The notes below the pieces were generated by a model. That model was given only the letters and a program-made list of their open reading frames with translations, did not search any database and was not told the origin of the DNA. Positions 26,034 through 35,439 of a stretch of 41,093 bases of DNA are shown here, piece by piece. The translations under genes and the position numbers were made by a program. The DNA is from Candidatus Aenigmatarchaeota archaeon. Lineage in GTDB: Archaea > Aenigmatarchaeota > Aenigmatarchaeia > QMZP01. The stretch's first letter is position 1. Each line of letters begins with the position of its first letter. Location of the stretch: assembly GCA_016782405.1 (NCBI GenBank), contig JADHYO010000002.1, forward strand, positions 1-41,093, in the 5' to 3' direction.

Positions 26034-26990
26034 ATGTATGATTTGAAAGGAAAAAACGTAATGGTGACTGGCGCAAGTGGTTTTACTGGTTACCATCTTT
26101 GCAATGAGTTGGTTAAGGAAGGGGCCAATATAATAGCTTTTGTTCGAGGGAGCAGCGATATAAATGGCATTAAGGATTTGAATGGGGTTAAAATAGTGTA
26201 TGGGGACATGACAGACATTTCCAGCATATACAGAGCAATAAAGTATTCCAATACTGAGTTTGTTTTCAATTGCGCTGCAGTAGTTCCTGTAATGGGAGCA
26301 AGAGACATTCCAATGAACACTGTGGCTGTTAATACTCAGGGGGTTTTCAATCTTTCTTGGATATGCAGCGAACTTGATGTTAAGAGGATTGTTCAAATTT
26401 CAACATGCCACATATATGGCAATCATCCAGAGTCAGAGCTCCCTTTGACAGAGGAAGCCACACCAACACCCGAAGACATTTATTCCTCATCAAAATTTAG
26501 CGGAGAAATTATGTTGAAACATTTCATAAACAACGGGTTAGATGCTGTAATTACAAGAGCATTCAATCTCTTTGGTGCAAAGCAACGATCTGAATTCTTT
26601 ATACCAGAAGTCATTAAGCAGGTGGCCGAAGAAAAGAAAAAAGAACTTGTTGTTGGAAACATAACAACAACAAGGGATTATACATACGCCCCAGAGATTG
26701 TCAGGGGATATATCATGGCCATGAAGATGGGTAAGGTTGGTAATATTTACCAATTCTGTTCTGGTAATGAAATTAAAATGAGTGCTTTGATCGATAAGAT
26801 AATTGAGGCACTAAACGAGGTGACAAAGCAGAATTACCAACCTGAAATAATCTCAAGAAACCCAAGGAAGAACGACATCAATAGAATGTACGGCACCTAC
26901 AAGAAAGCTAAGAACGAGTTTGGGTGGGAACCTGAAATAAGTCTGGAGGATGGTCTAAGGAAAACAATAAGTGAAACTTATGTGGGGTAA
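26034..26990 (+). CDS. NAD-dependent nucleotide-sugar dehydratase/reductase (GDP-mannose 4,6-dehydratase-like SDR)
   Basis: VTGASGFTG, YSSSK, RAFNLFG, RDYTY; GGGTGA SD upstream. Confidence 0.87.
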   Translation: MYDLKGKNVMVTGASGFTGYHLCNELVKEGANIIAFVRGSSDINGIKDLNGVKIVYGDMTDISSIYRAIKYSNTEFVFNCAAVVPVMGARDIPMNTVAVNTQGVFNLSWICSELDVKRIVQISTCHIYGNHPESELPLTEEATPTPEDIYSSSKFSGEIMLKHFINNGLDAVITRAFNLFGAKQRSEFFIPEVIKQVAEEKKKELVVGNITTTRDYTYAPEIVRGYIMAMKMGKVGNIYQFCSGNEIKMSALIDKIIEALNEVTKQNYQPEIISRNPRKNDINRMYGTYKKAKNEFGWEPEISLEDGLRKTISETYVG

Positions 26991-26992
26991 AA

Positions 26993-27994
26993 ATGAGAGA
27001 AATTGGCAGGTTTACAGCAGTTGGGATATTGTCCACTGCTATTTCTTGGGTCATATTCCTGATGTTCTCTGACATCATAGGCTTCCCGGCTGTTATAGTT
27101 GCGATGGCATACACCCCATTTAATTTTTTGTGGCGATTCTATGCTGAGAAGAAATGGGTTTTCAGGCCACCGAAAGAAGGAAATAACTCAATCATTGGTT
27201 TATTCGATACTATAAACAGTGGTATTCGAGCCTACTCAATAGAGCTACACAAAGAAATAGGTGGGGAGCGGATAGATTTCAGCCGATTATATTTTAAATA
27301 TAAAGGTGAGAAAGATTGTTTCAGGTCAAGCGACAAAAGAATTTCATTCCTAAGACCAATGGTCATACCAAAGGGGGACAAAGTATATTTCAATATTTAT
27401 GATTCCAGAATTACACTTGCTGCCCTTCCCACATTACTTATTAGCAAGTTCTTAGGGAAAAGAATAATAGGGATAGCCCACCATACCAGCAACAGGAAAG
27501 TGGTGTTTATAGAGAACACCCCCTTCAATAAAGTGTTCCCAAACTTCATTTTCGATGAATACATAACACACAAAAAAGGAGTAGTTATAAACAACAAGAA
27601 AACAACATTTCGGGATATGTCGGTGGGTTATAAAAAAATATCGTTAAGTAAAAACGCTTGCAGAAAAATGCTTAAAATCCCGGAAAATGCTAATGTTACT
27701 CTAATATTCGGTCACATACGGCCATACAAGAACATAGAGAAATTCGCTGAATGGTTTGTTAACAATGCAAAAAAAGGTGATATGCTGTTGATTGCTGGAA
27801 AGAAATGGTATGATATAAAGCTCCCGGTAAGTAATAAGATCGAAATAAGAGACACGTTCGTTCCAGACAACGAAGTGCCGATGTACTTCAATGCTGCGGA
27901 CAATGTAGCAATACCCTATGATAAGCGGGAATCTGCATTGTACTACCTGTCAAAAAAATACAAAAAAAAGGTAATTGAAGGAAATTTGCATTAG
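26993..27994 (+). CDS. GtrA-like N-terminus fused to a divergent, apparently C-terminally shortened GT4 domain
   Basis: RFTAVG...NFLW...KKWVF (GtrA-like); FGHIRPYKNIE, LLIAG, FVPDNEV..YFNAAD..IPY (GT4). Confidence 0.6.
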   Translation: MREIGRFTAVGILSTAISWVIFLMFSDIIGFPAVIVAMAYTPFNFLWRFYAEKKWVFRPPKEGNNSIIGLFDTINSGIRAYSIELHKEIGGERIDFSRLYFKYKGEKDCFRSSDKRISFLRPMVIPKGDKVYFNIYDSRITLAALPTLLISKFLGKRIIGIAHHTSNRKVVFIENTPFNKVFPNFIFDEYITHKKGVVINNKKTTFRDMSVGYKKISLSKNACRKMLKIPENANVTLIFGHIRPYKNIEKFAEWFVNNAKKGDMLLIAGKKWYDIKLPVSNKIEIRDTFVPDNEVPMYFNAADNVAIPYDKRESALYYLSKKYKKKVIEGNLH

Positions 27995-28001
27995 GCGTGT
28001 A

Positions 28002-28072
28002 TTCTGCCCCAGTTATTGTCGGTTTCCGTAGATGCGAACACCACCACGGGTTGAACGCCCTGTTTTTAAAGA
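28002..28072. repeat. Degenerate direct-repeat copy of 29151-29227 (5' part of the acyltransferase gene)
   Basis: Shares TTCTGCyCCAGTTATTGT, CCGTAGATGCGAACACCAC, TTGAAC and CCTGTTTTTAAAGA with 29151-29227. Confidence 0.9.
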
Positions 28073-28080
28073 GTTAATTC

Positions 28081-28743
28081 TCACACTTTACTCTTACCCA
28101 CTTTCAAAATATAGAAGTAATTATATGTATTTTCTTTGTACCTATACTGCCTTACTATTTTGATATTATTGTAGTTTAATACGTCCTCTAAGTTCTGCTT
28201 GGTTGTTTTTTCCAACTCCCAGAAGTGATATTTAGATTTAGGGTTGTGATTTCTTATCGGGAGTTCTACTATGAAATTCATCTTTGGTGTCAAAAATCTA
28301 TATGCCTGAGTACAGACCGGGAGGCTGACAATAATGTAGTTCGAATAGTGCCTTAACTTTTCAAAAAGTTGTGAAATATGACTAAATGGCATATGCTCTA
28401 GGACCTCGAATAAGCAAACCACATCAAACTTTTTTGAACTTTCAAAACCTCTAATATCGGAGATTATGTCTGGATTTCTGTTCTTGTCAACATCTAGTGT
28501 TGTCACTTCTATCCCCGCTGACTTCAGATAGTTGCTAAGGAAGCCTGTCCCTATTCCAACTTCGAGTACGCTTTTTGGTTTCAAATTGACTATTTCTCTT
28601 ATTTGTTTCCAGTAAGATTTGAACTTGTTTAAGTCATCATACTTCACTATATCAATAGAGTCATTTGAAATATTACTTGGCTTTGTTGTAATCCTCCCAT
28701 TATCTTCATCTACTTTCAGTTTCCAATTAAGGGTATTGGTCAT
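28081..28743 (-). CDS. Class I SAM-dependent methyltransferase
   Basis: VLEVGIGTG, TTLD, FDVVCLFEVLEH. Confidence 0.88.
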   Translation of the reverse strand: MTNTLNWKLKVDEDNGRITTKPSNISNDSIDIVKYDDLNKFKSYWKQIREIVNLKPKSVLEVGIGTGFLSNYLKSAGIEVTTLDVDKNRNPDIISDIRGFESSKKFDVVCLFEVLEHMPFSHISQLFEKLRHYSNYIIVSLPVCTQAYRFLTPKMNFIVELPIRNHNPKSKYHFWELEKTTKQNLEDVLNYNNIKIVRQYRYKENTYNYFYILKVGKSKV

Positions 28744-29240
28744 TCCTTCCCCCTGAGTGGGAGTCCAAATTCACCACAGAATGCTTTCATTCTTTTTAGT
28801 TTAAAATAATGCTCTTTATCTCGGTATTTCAGAATCTTGCAATTGTCCCCTACTATAGCCAATGGCGGTATTTCCCCATGCACGTTCACACCTAGAGCTA
28901 TTATCACACCTTCACCTATTTGAGTTCCTGGGGAGATATTTACATTCATTCCTATCCAGACATTTTCACATATTGTTACATGTTTTAAGATCAGGTTCTC
29001 ATCAAAAGGTAATAGACCCCCTTCGTAAACATGACTATTTGAGTATATTGTGACATTTCTGCTGATTTTTGTGTTGTCCACTATTAATCCACCTTTAGCA
29101 GCTATCCAAGCACCTTCAGCTATAACCACATTGTCCCCTATTTCCATGTCTTCTGCTCCAGTTATTGTTGATTTCCCGTAGATGCGAACACCACTACCAC
29201 AGGATTTGAACATCCTGTTTTTAAAGATTTTTATGGCCAT
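28740..29240 (-). CDS. Hexapeptide-repeat (left-handed beta-helix) sugar acyltransferase
   Basis: IGDNVVIAEG, ICENVWIGMNV, IGEGVII repeats. Confidence 0.85.
   Translation of the reverse strand: MAIKIFKNRMFKSCGSGVRIYGKSTITGAEDMEIGDNVVIAEGAWIAAKGGLIVDNTKISRNVTIYSNSHVYEGGLLPFDENLILKHVTICENVWIGMNVNISPGTQIGEGVIIALGVNVHGEIPPLAIVGDNCKILKYRDKEHYFKLKRMKAFCGEFGLPLRGKE
29151..29227. repeat. Coding copy of the 28002-28072 repeat
   Basis: By-eye alignment to 28002-28072. Confidence 0.9.
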
Positions 29241-29435
29241 GATTTGGTCTCCCTTTCCAATATCACTTGATTCATCAGGTCTTTAATATCTGGCTCTGAT
29301 ATCAATCCCTGGATTTTTAAAATAATTAATTTTACTCTTTAAAACAAACACATAATTTCAAGTGGGGTCTGAAAGGTTTCTAATCAGTATCATAGCAGCC
29401 TACTCATAATGACTTGGGTAAAAAATGTCTTTAGG

Positions 29436-29451
29436 GCTTAAATATTTAAGC
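29436..29451. promoter_or_regulatory. Perfect 16-bp palindrome forming back-to-back TATA-like boxes
   Basis: GCTTAAATATTTAAGC between divergent genes, ending 21 nt before the ATG at 29473. Confidence 0.5.
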
Positions 29452-29472
29452 ACCAACGCTTTTGATTAAGCC

Positions 29473-30624
29473 ATGAAAATAGCAATAAATGCACCTTTTA
29501 GTGATCCTATAAAGGGAGCGGTCGTAATAAGAATCAATAGCTGGAGGGAACATTTCGAAAGAAATGGCTGCACCGTGGATATTTTAACCCCCTACAAACA
29601 CAGGACCCATAATGACGCCCAAAAAAGAATAATAAGATATAAAAACGAAATTGATTTGATTGCAGTTATAATAAAAAACAAATATGATGTTATTATCGGA
29701 ACCTCTCCACCAATGACCCACTCCTTCGTATCGATGATTGTCTCCAAATTAACTGGGAAAATGTTTATTCTTGATGTGAGGGATATATGGACTAATTCAT
29801 TGAAACAATTAAAACAAAAGTCAACAAGAAGCATTAAATTCAACATATATTCCTTGATTGAAAAGCTATGTTACAAATTCTCAGATAAAATATTTATTGT
29901 GGAATCCTTTATGTCGGATATAATAGTAAAAAAAACTCCAATAAAAAGAGACAAGATAATACTCGTCCCACACGGATCTAATAGCGAGCTTTTAAAAAGG
30001 GTACCCAAAGAAGCAGATAAAATTAGGAAAAAACTAGGAATCCCAAGAAAAGCGCCGGTTCTTGTATATTGTGGTGGTATGGGGGATGAAGATTTGGAAA
30101 TGATGCTCAAAAACATCTCTACACCAATTCTTGAAAAGAACGATGTTCACATACTATTCATTATAGCCATCCATAAGAACATAGTCTCTGACAACTTGTT
30201 AAATGGCATTTTAGAAATTGTGAAGAGTAGAAAAATCAAGAATTTCCATTTGGTAAAAAATATTGAGTATTCCAATGTTTGTAATTATCTTTCAGTTGGT
30301 GATATAGCATTGCAACCACTCAGAGATTCACTAAAGGAGTACACTACGCAAAAAACTTATGATTATATGGCTTGCGAATTACCCATTTTTACAAGGGCTT
30401 CCCCACAGGGGAACCTGAAAAAGCTTATGGATAAATATGACATTGGTTATTTTGCATCTGATTGGGATGAATTCAATAAAAATCTGGTGATAGCGCTCCG
30501 GGAAAAGAATAAATCCAGAAAAAAAGGAATTACAGGAAGAAAGATAATAAAATCCAAATTCTCCAGGACCCTCTCCACTAAAATCGCCTTAAAAGAAGTT
30601 CAGGATCAGCTTAAATCCTTTTAA
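29473..30624 (+). CDS. GT4 glycosyltransferase
   Basis: TSPP, LDVRDIW, LVYCGG, KTYDYMACELPI. Confidence 0.82.
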   Translation: MKIAINAPFSDPIKGAVVIRINSWREHFERNGCTVDILTPYKHRTHNDAQKRIIRYKNEIDLIAVIIKNKYDVIIGTSPPMTHSFVSMIVSKLTGKMFILDVRDIWTNSLKQLKQKSTRSIKFNIYSLIEKLCYKFSDKIFIVESFMSDIIVKKTPIKRDKIILVPHGSNSELLKRVPKEADKIRKKLGIPRKAPVLVYCGGMGDEDLEMMLKNISTPILEKNDVHILFIIAIHKNIVSDNLLNGILEIVKSRKIKNFHLVKNIEYSNVCNYLSVGDIALQPLRDSLKEYTTQKTYDYMACELPIFTRASPQGNLKKLMDKYDIGYFASDWDEFNKNLVIALREKNKSRKKGITGRKIIKSKFSRTLSTKIALKEVQDQLKSF

Positions 30625-30712
30625 TATTGACGAGTATGATAAAATACTGCAAAGGGTGCGAAATATTCAGAAAAAAGCGCTGGGATAAGAGCAAGTGGTT
30701 CAAGGTTGTGAA

Positions 30713-31585
30713 ATGAACATGAAAACCAGATTGGGGGTTACAGGCAGCGGTGGATTCGTCGGATCACATCTTAAAAACAATTCCAGTAGCTTTCCTTCAG
30801 TTGAAAGTGTCGAGTGTTTTGATAGTAAAAATGCCAGCTTGTTCGATATTGAATCAATTAAACCTTTTGTTAAGGACAAGAATGTGATATTCCACATTGC
30901 CGGCGCTACCAAGGCGGAGCCCGACGAATTAATGAAAGTGAATCTCCTAGGAACAGGAAATCTCCTGGAAGCAGTGAGAAAATATTCTGAAAACAAAGTC
31001 AAAATAATATTCACGTCATCTTGTTATGTTTACGCCCCAACCAAAACCCCATCCAAAATCAATGAAAACAGCGCTCTTGCCCCCCAGAACATTTATGGTC
31101 TGACAAAAAAATTCGCAGAAGAGTTGCTTGAGAAATACCATAGAGATTATGGAATTGACTTCCTTACACTAAGGCTCACCAACACATATGGTCCACTGTG
31201 CTACCCAAACAAGCAATCCATCGTAGCAACAATAATAGATTCCACACTTAGAAGCAAACATTTTACAATTCATGGCGATGGTAGCAGAATGATAGACCTG
31301 ATATTTGTGAAGGATATTATCGAGGCATTTTCAAAATCACTATCATACAATGGGAAGAAGAAGATTTTCAACATATGTACCGGCAACCCTGTATCAATAA
31401 GCGATATTATAGCTCTAACTGAAAAAATCACCAATAGCAAGCTCAAAACACAGTGCCAAAAACAACCATCCTCTGGTTTTTTGATATCTGACCCCGACCT
31501 TGCAGCAAAAGAACTTGGTTTTTCCTCATCCACAACCCTGGAAGACGGTCTATCTCAAACAATTAAATGGCTAGAACAAATATGA
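30713..31585 (+). CDS. NAD-dependent epimerase/dehydratase
   Basis: VTGSGGFVG, SSCYVY, YGLTK, RLTNTYGP. Confidence 0.88.
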   Translation: MNMKTRLGVTGSGGFVGSHLKNNSSSFPSVESVECFDSKNASLFDIESIKPFVKDKNVIFHIAGATKAEPDELMKVNLLGTGNLLEAVRKYSENKVKIIFTSSCYVYAPTKTPSKINENSALAPQNIYGLTKKFAEELLEKYHRDYGIDFLTLRLTNTYGPLCYPNKQSIVATIIDSTLRSKHFTIHGDGSRMIDLIFVKDIIEAFSKSLSYNGKKKIFNICTGNPVSISDIIALTEKITNSKLKTQCQKQPSSGFLISDPDLAAKELGFSSSTTLEDGLSQTIKWLEQI

Positions 31586-31695
31586 TATATTAGAAACAGG
31601 GTAAACAAATTAAAGGCCCGCAATACAGTAAAGAAACCACGGTTAGGGCTGGGAATATATAATTGAACAGATGTAAACGTTTATAGTGTGGTAAC

Positions 31696-33030
31696 ATGTC
31701 ATTGCAAGGAAAATTATTCAGGCTTGCATCATACAGTGTCGTGGATATCGCGGCTTTAAAAATACTAAGCGGGGTTATTTTTATCATATTGGCGCGTCTT
31801 TTGCCGCGTGCGGATATTGGTATAATTGGCCTTGTTGCTGGGTATCTCACTTTATTTCGGTTTCTTTCCATAACCCCAGAAAGTATATTGTTTAGGGATT
31901 TCCCGAAAATAAAAAATCAGTTGAATGAATATCTTAGCGCATTTATTGTTTTTTGGGCTATCAGAACTGCTCTCATACTGGCTCTTGGTGGGGTATTTGC
32001 CTATATAATGTCATTTTATTACGGGGGCACGGTTCTTCCTTTATATCTATTCGGAGCTGTTGTCGTCTTGTGCCTTGGGTATTTCCAGAGCATAGTAAAG
32101 GAAACACATTACGTGAATTTTATGCAAAAAGCTGTTACAAAGATTAACGTAGTCTTAATGATAATTCAGCTTTCATTGGTCAGCCTTCTATTTTTTGAAC
32201 CAAACATTTTACTCTATCTAGGAATACTTCTCTTTGTGAATATTTCAAGTGTTTTTGTTTGGTATTTTATTCTCAAAAAGAATTTCAATTTTTCCTTCAT
32301 CATCACCAAAGACACTTTTAATAAAATTAAGCATAGTATAATGGATTTCTCGTTATGGCAAAATATGAGCGGGTCAATTACCTACCTTATTTATAATATC
32401 GATACTCTAATACTTGGATTTTTCGTGTCACTTGAAGTTATTGGGAACTATACCATTGCCTTGACAATTGCCAATTTCTTCTTTATAGTTCCGCAAATAA
32501 TTCAGAAGTCATTCACTGTTGGGTTTTCAAATATAGAAAATAAACTTATAATCAACAAGGCGCTTTCTGTGTTCCTCAGATACGCATTATTCTTTAGCGT
32601 TCTGCAACTAGTTTTGTTTGTATTCTTCGGCAATATACTAGTCAGCATCTTTACTGCCACGCATGTAGAAATTATTTTCTGGTATTCACTAATTATTATC
32701 GCTGGTATCAGTATTTTCAATGTTTTCAGGCCACTCAATTCACTTATTGCAGTAAAAACATCATTCAGAAAGGCGTTTTTCCTTGTTTATTTGCCATCTG
32801 GTATCGCTTCTATTATTGTTTATATAACGTTTACATCAATGTTCGGTGCTATCGGGACTGCCTGGGGAAATATAGTTGCATATTCCTTCTTCACATTGTT
32901 CCTTCTTGTATACGTTAAGAAAAACCTTGACCTATCTTTGCATATCCACACAATAACAAGCGAGGAGAAAGATGTCTTAAGGAAACTGTTTGGGCGCAAA
33001 ACCAATGATCACCCTGCAGAAAAGGATTAA
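31696..33030 (+). CDS. Oligosaccharide flippase (Wzx/AglR-like, MOP superfamily)
   Basis: About 12 TM segments; LARLL...G, NIDTLILGFF...GNY, FGAIGTAW. Confidence 0.85.
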   Translation: MSLQGKLFRLASYSVVDIAALKILSGVIFIILARLLPRADIGIIGLVAGYLTLFRFLSITPESILFRDFPKIKNQLNEYLSAFIVFWAIRTALILALGGVFAYIMSFYYGGTVLPLYLFGAVVVLCLGYFQSIVKETHYVNFMQKAVTKINVVLMIIQLSLVSLLFFEPNILLYLGILLFVNISSVFVWYFILKKNFNFSFIITKDTFNKIKHSIMDFSLWQNMSGSITYLIYNIDTLILGFFVSLEVIGNYTIALTIANFFFIVPQIIQKSFTVGFSNIENKLIINKALSVFLRYALFFSVLQLVLFVFFGNILVSIFTATHVEIIFWYSLIIIAGISIFNVFRPLNSLIAVKTSFRKAFFLVYLPSGIASIIVYITFTSMFGAIGTAWGNIVAYSFFTLFLLVYVKKNLDLSLHIHTITSEEKDVLRKLFGRKTNDHPAEKD

Positions 33031-33129
33031 TTCAACCCATCTTTATCAGAAATATGATCAACATTTAACCACACCATTTCGATAATAGCGTGTATTTGAA
33101 TATAATCAACTATTCTTCAATGGTGTTGT

Positions 33130-33840
33130 ATGAAAGATGTTATGAAAATTGCAGATAGTATTGAAGGGTGGTTAAGCCCAAATGAAAAAACATTTCTCTA
33201 TAATGTTGCAAAAAACTGCTCAGGTAAGGGGGTCATTGTTGAGATTGGTTCATGGAAAGGAAAATCAACAGTGTTGCTCGCAAAAGGATCAGAAGCGGGT
33301 AAAAGGATCGCGGTCCATTCTATAGATCCTCACACAGGAAGCCCTGAACATATAAAGCGGTATGGAAAGGTCAATACGTTCAACGAGTTCAATCGGAATA
33401 TCAAGAAGGCAGGTGTGGCAAGTATTGTAAAGCCTTTAAGAAAAACATCAGAACATGCGCATGATAATTGGAAACACCCCATTGAACTCTTATGGGTTGA
33501 TGGGTCTCACGAATATGATATGGTCCTCCTGGATTTTCAGCTCTGGGAGCCAAATCTCGTGAGCGGCGGCGTCATCGCGTTCCATGACACCACACTTCAT
33601 GAAGGGACAAGAAAATTCATTCAAAACAACTTTTTTCAGTCAAAGAATTTTACTGGAATCCGGCTGCTGGATTCAATCATTTATGCAAAAAAGGTTGACC
33701 ATCTTACCTTCTCTCAGAAAATGGGAAATTACGTGCAACGCGTTAGGTTCAGGACGCATATTTTTATAGACTCCCTACCATACCCCATCCGGAAGGTTGG
33801 TGTCTTTCTCTTTGGGAAGAGGAAAAATCCTATTGTTTAA
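33130..33840 (+). CDS. Class I SAM-dependent methyltransferase (Methyltransf_24-like)
   Basis: IEGWL, VEIGSWKGKST, SIDPH, VDGSHEY, GGVIAFHD. Confidence 0.9.
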   Translation: MKDVMKIADSIEGWLSPNEKTFLYNVAKNCSGKGVIVEIGSWKGKSTVLLAKGSEAGKRIAVHSIDPHTGSPEHIKRYGKVNTFNEFNRNIKKAGVASIVKPLRKTSEHAHDNWKHPIELLWVDGSHEYDMVLLDFQLWEPNLVSGGVIAFHDTTLHEGTRKFIQNNFFQSKNFTGIRLLDSIIYAKKVDHLTFSQKMGNYVQRVRFRTHIFIDSLPYPIRKVGVFLFGKRKNPIV

Positions 33841-35284
33841 CAGTCTTGGGAACCCGAGACTCTGTTCTGTGAATAATCCGTTTCCGCGTATTATTTATCC
33901 GTTCGAATAAATCATCATTGACAATGTTGCTCTGATATAAAACTGATAATATCTTTCCAGGAACCCCATAACGCTGGCGGAGGAGCTTAATTTTATATCG
34001 CTTTCGAACAATGCTTCTGATTGCTTTTGATTTCTCCAGCATAATTTTTTGCTGCTGAACAGGAAGTTTATCAGTCTCAATAACCGGCACATTATGTTTT
34101 TTGTCTATTGAATTCATGTATTCTTTTGGACTGTCTATGAGCATCTTCTTTTTGACCATCTCATCGTAAAGCTCTGTGCCTGGGTACGGCATGGTTATGC
34201 TGAAGATGACGTCTTTGACTGGGTATTTCAGCGCAAACTTGAATGAGTCCTCAATATCTTCAACATTCTCTTCTGGAAGACAAATAATAAAAAATAAAAC
34301 CACATCCAACCCCACACATATTGCATCCTTGATAGATTGGTCTATCTGTTCCATGGTCTCTCCTTTCTTTATTGATTGCAATGTTTTGTTGTTCCCGCCA
34401 TCAACACCGTAAGAGACAGACACCCATCCCGCATCCTTCATTTTTTGCAGTAACTCCTTGTCCACCCTATCTGCACGGACACCGTTAGGTGTTGCCATTT
34501 CAACTTTCATGCCTCTCTGGATAATGAGGTCGCATATCTTTTTTGCCCGTTCTTTGTGAAGGGTGAAGTTGTCGTCAATAATCTCGAATCGTTTCCATCC
34601 CCGTTCATACCAGTAGCTAATCTCTTCCAATACATTTTCAGGGCTCCTTGCTCGCCACCATCGACCAAGGACAGTGGAAACAGAACAGAATGTGCATCGC
34701 TCTGGACAGCCCCTGGAAGAAATAATGTAGCGGGCTGGATACCAGTATTTATCCAGCTCAAATTTACTGTATTTAGGGAAGGGGATTTCATCAAGATTAA
34801 TTATTGTGGGTTTGGAAGGGTTGAATATAACCTTCCCTCCCTTTCGGTACATTAACCCGTTTATGTTTTTGAATGGTTTTCCCAAACACAAATCCTTGAT
34901 TACTTCCTCCCCTTCGCGGTGAACCCCGAAATCAATTTCCTTGCACTGTTTCAAGACCGCATCCTGGTAAACCGAAAGGTGTGAACCCCCTGTAAGTATC
35001 TTTGCGTCAGGGAATTGTTTCTTGATTTTCTTAATGATTTCATAGGTTCGCTTATATGAAAATGTCTTCATACCCATCCCAATTAAATCAGGCTTGAATT
35101 TCTGTATTCTCTCGAGGACAGCATGAACATCATAACCAAGGTTCATATCAAGAACATCATATTCAATATTGTTCGTCTCAAGTATCTGGGCCATGTAGCC
35201 TAGACCTGCTTCTGGAGTATCGCCGCCTTTATAAAAACCGTCTTTATAAGAAACTGATATCAAGAGGACATTATTAAATCTCAT
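33830..35284 (-). CDS. B12-binding domain radical SAM protein
   Basis: GLGYMA, GGSH, REGE, SRGCPERCTFC, DDNFT, PYPGT. Confidence 0.92.
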   Translation of the reverse strand: MRFNNVLLISVSYKDGFYKGGDTPEAGLGYMAQILETNNIEYDVLDMNLGYDVHAVLERIQKFKPDLIGMGMKTFSYKRTYEIIKKIKKQFPDAKILTGGSHLSVYQDAVLKQCKEIDFGVHREGEEVIKDLCLGKPFKNINGLMYRKGGKVIFNPSKPTIINLDEIPFPKYSKFELDKYWYPARYIISSRGCPERCTFCSVSTVLGRWWRARSPENVLEEISYWYERGWKRFEIIDDNFTLHKERAKKICDLIIQRGMKVEMATPNGVRADRVDKELLQKMKDAGWVSVSYGVDGGNNKTLQSIKKGETMEQIDQSIKDAICVGLDVVLFFIICLPEENVEDIEDSFKFALKYPVKDVIFSITMPYPGTELYDEMVKKKMLIDSPKEYMNSIDKKHNVPVIETDKLPVQQQKIMLEKSKAIRSIVRKRYKIKLLRQRYGVPGKILSVLYQSNIVNDDLFERINNTRKRIIHRTESRVPKTVKQ

Positions 35285-35439
35285 AGTTATGGTGATTTCA
35301 AATATTTAAATGTTTAGTCTTTACTTTCTGTGTTATGTTTTTAGGTTGATTAAAGAAGAAAAAAATAATATGAATCAGAAACTTCTAGGCAATCTTTCCA
35401 GGGAATTGTGGAAATACTGGCTTGTCTACTAGAAACAGT

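Noticed and set aside
28002-29227. Repeat pair as a diversity-generating retroelement TR/VR
   Set aside because: Differences occur at both A and T of the same strand and include indels, the coding copy is at a 5' end, and no reverse transcriptase is present in the window
29241-29435. Possible pseudogene in the long spacer
   Set aside because: Only short interrupted frames with no recognisable similarity
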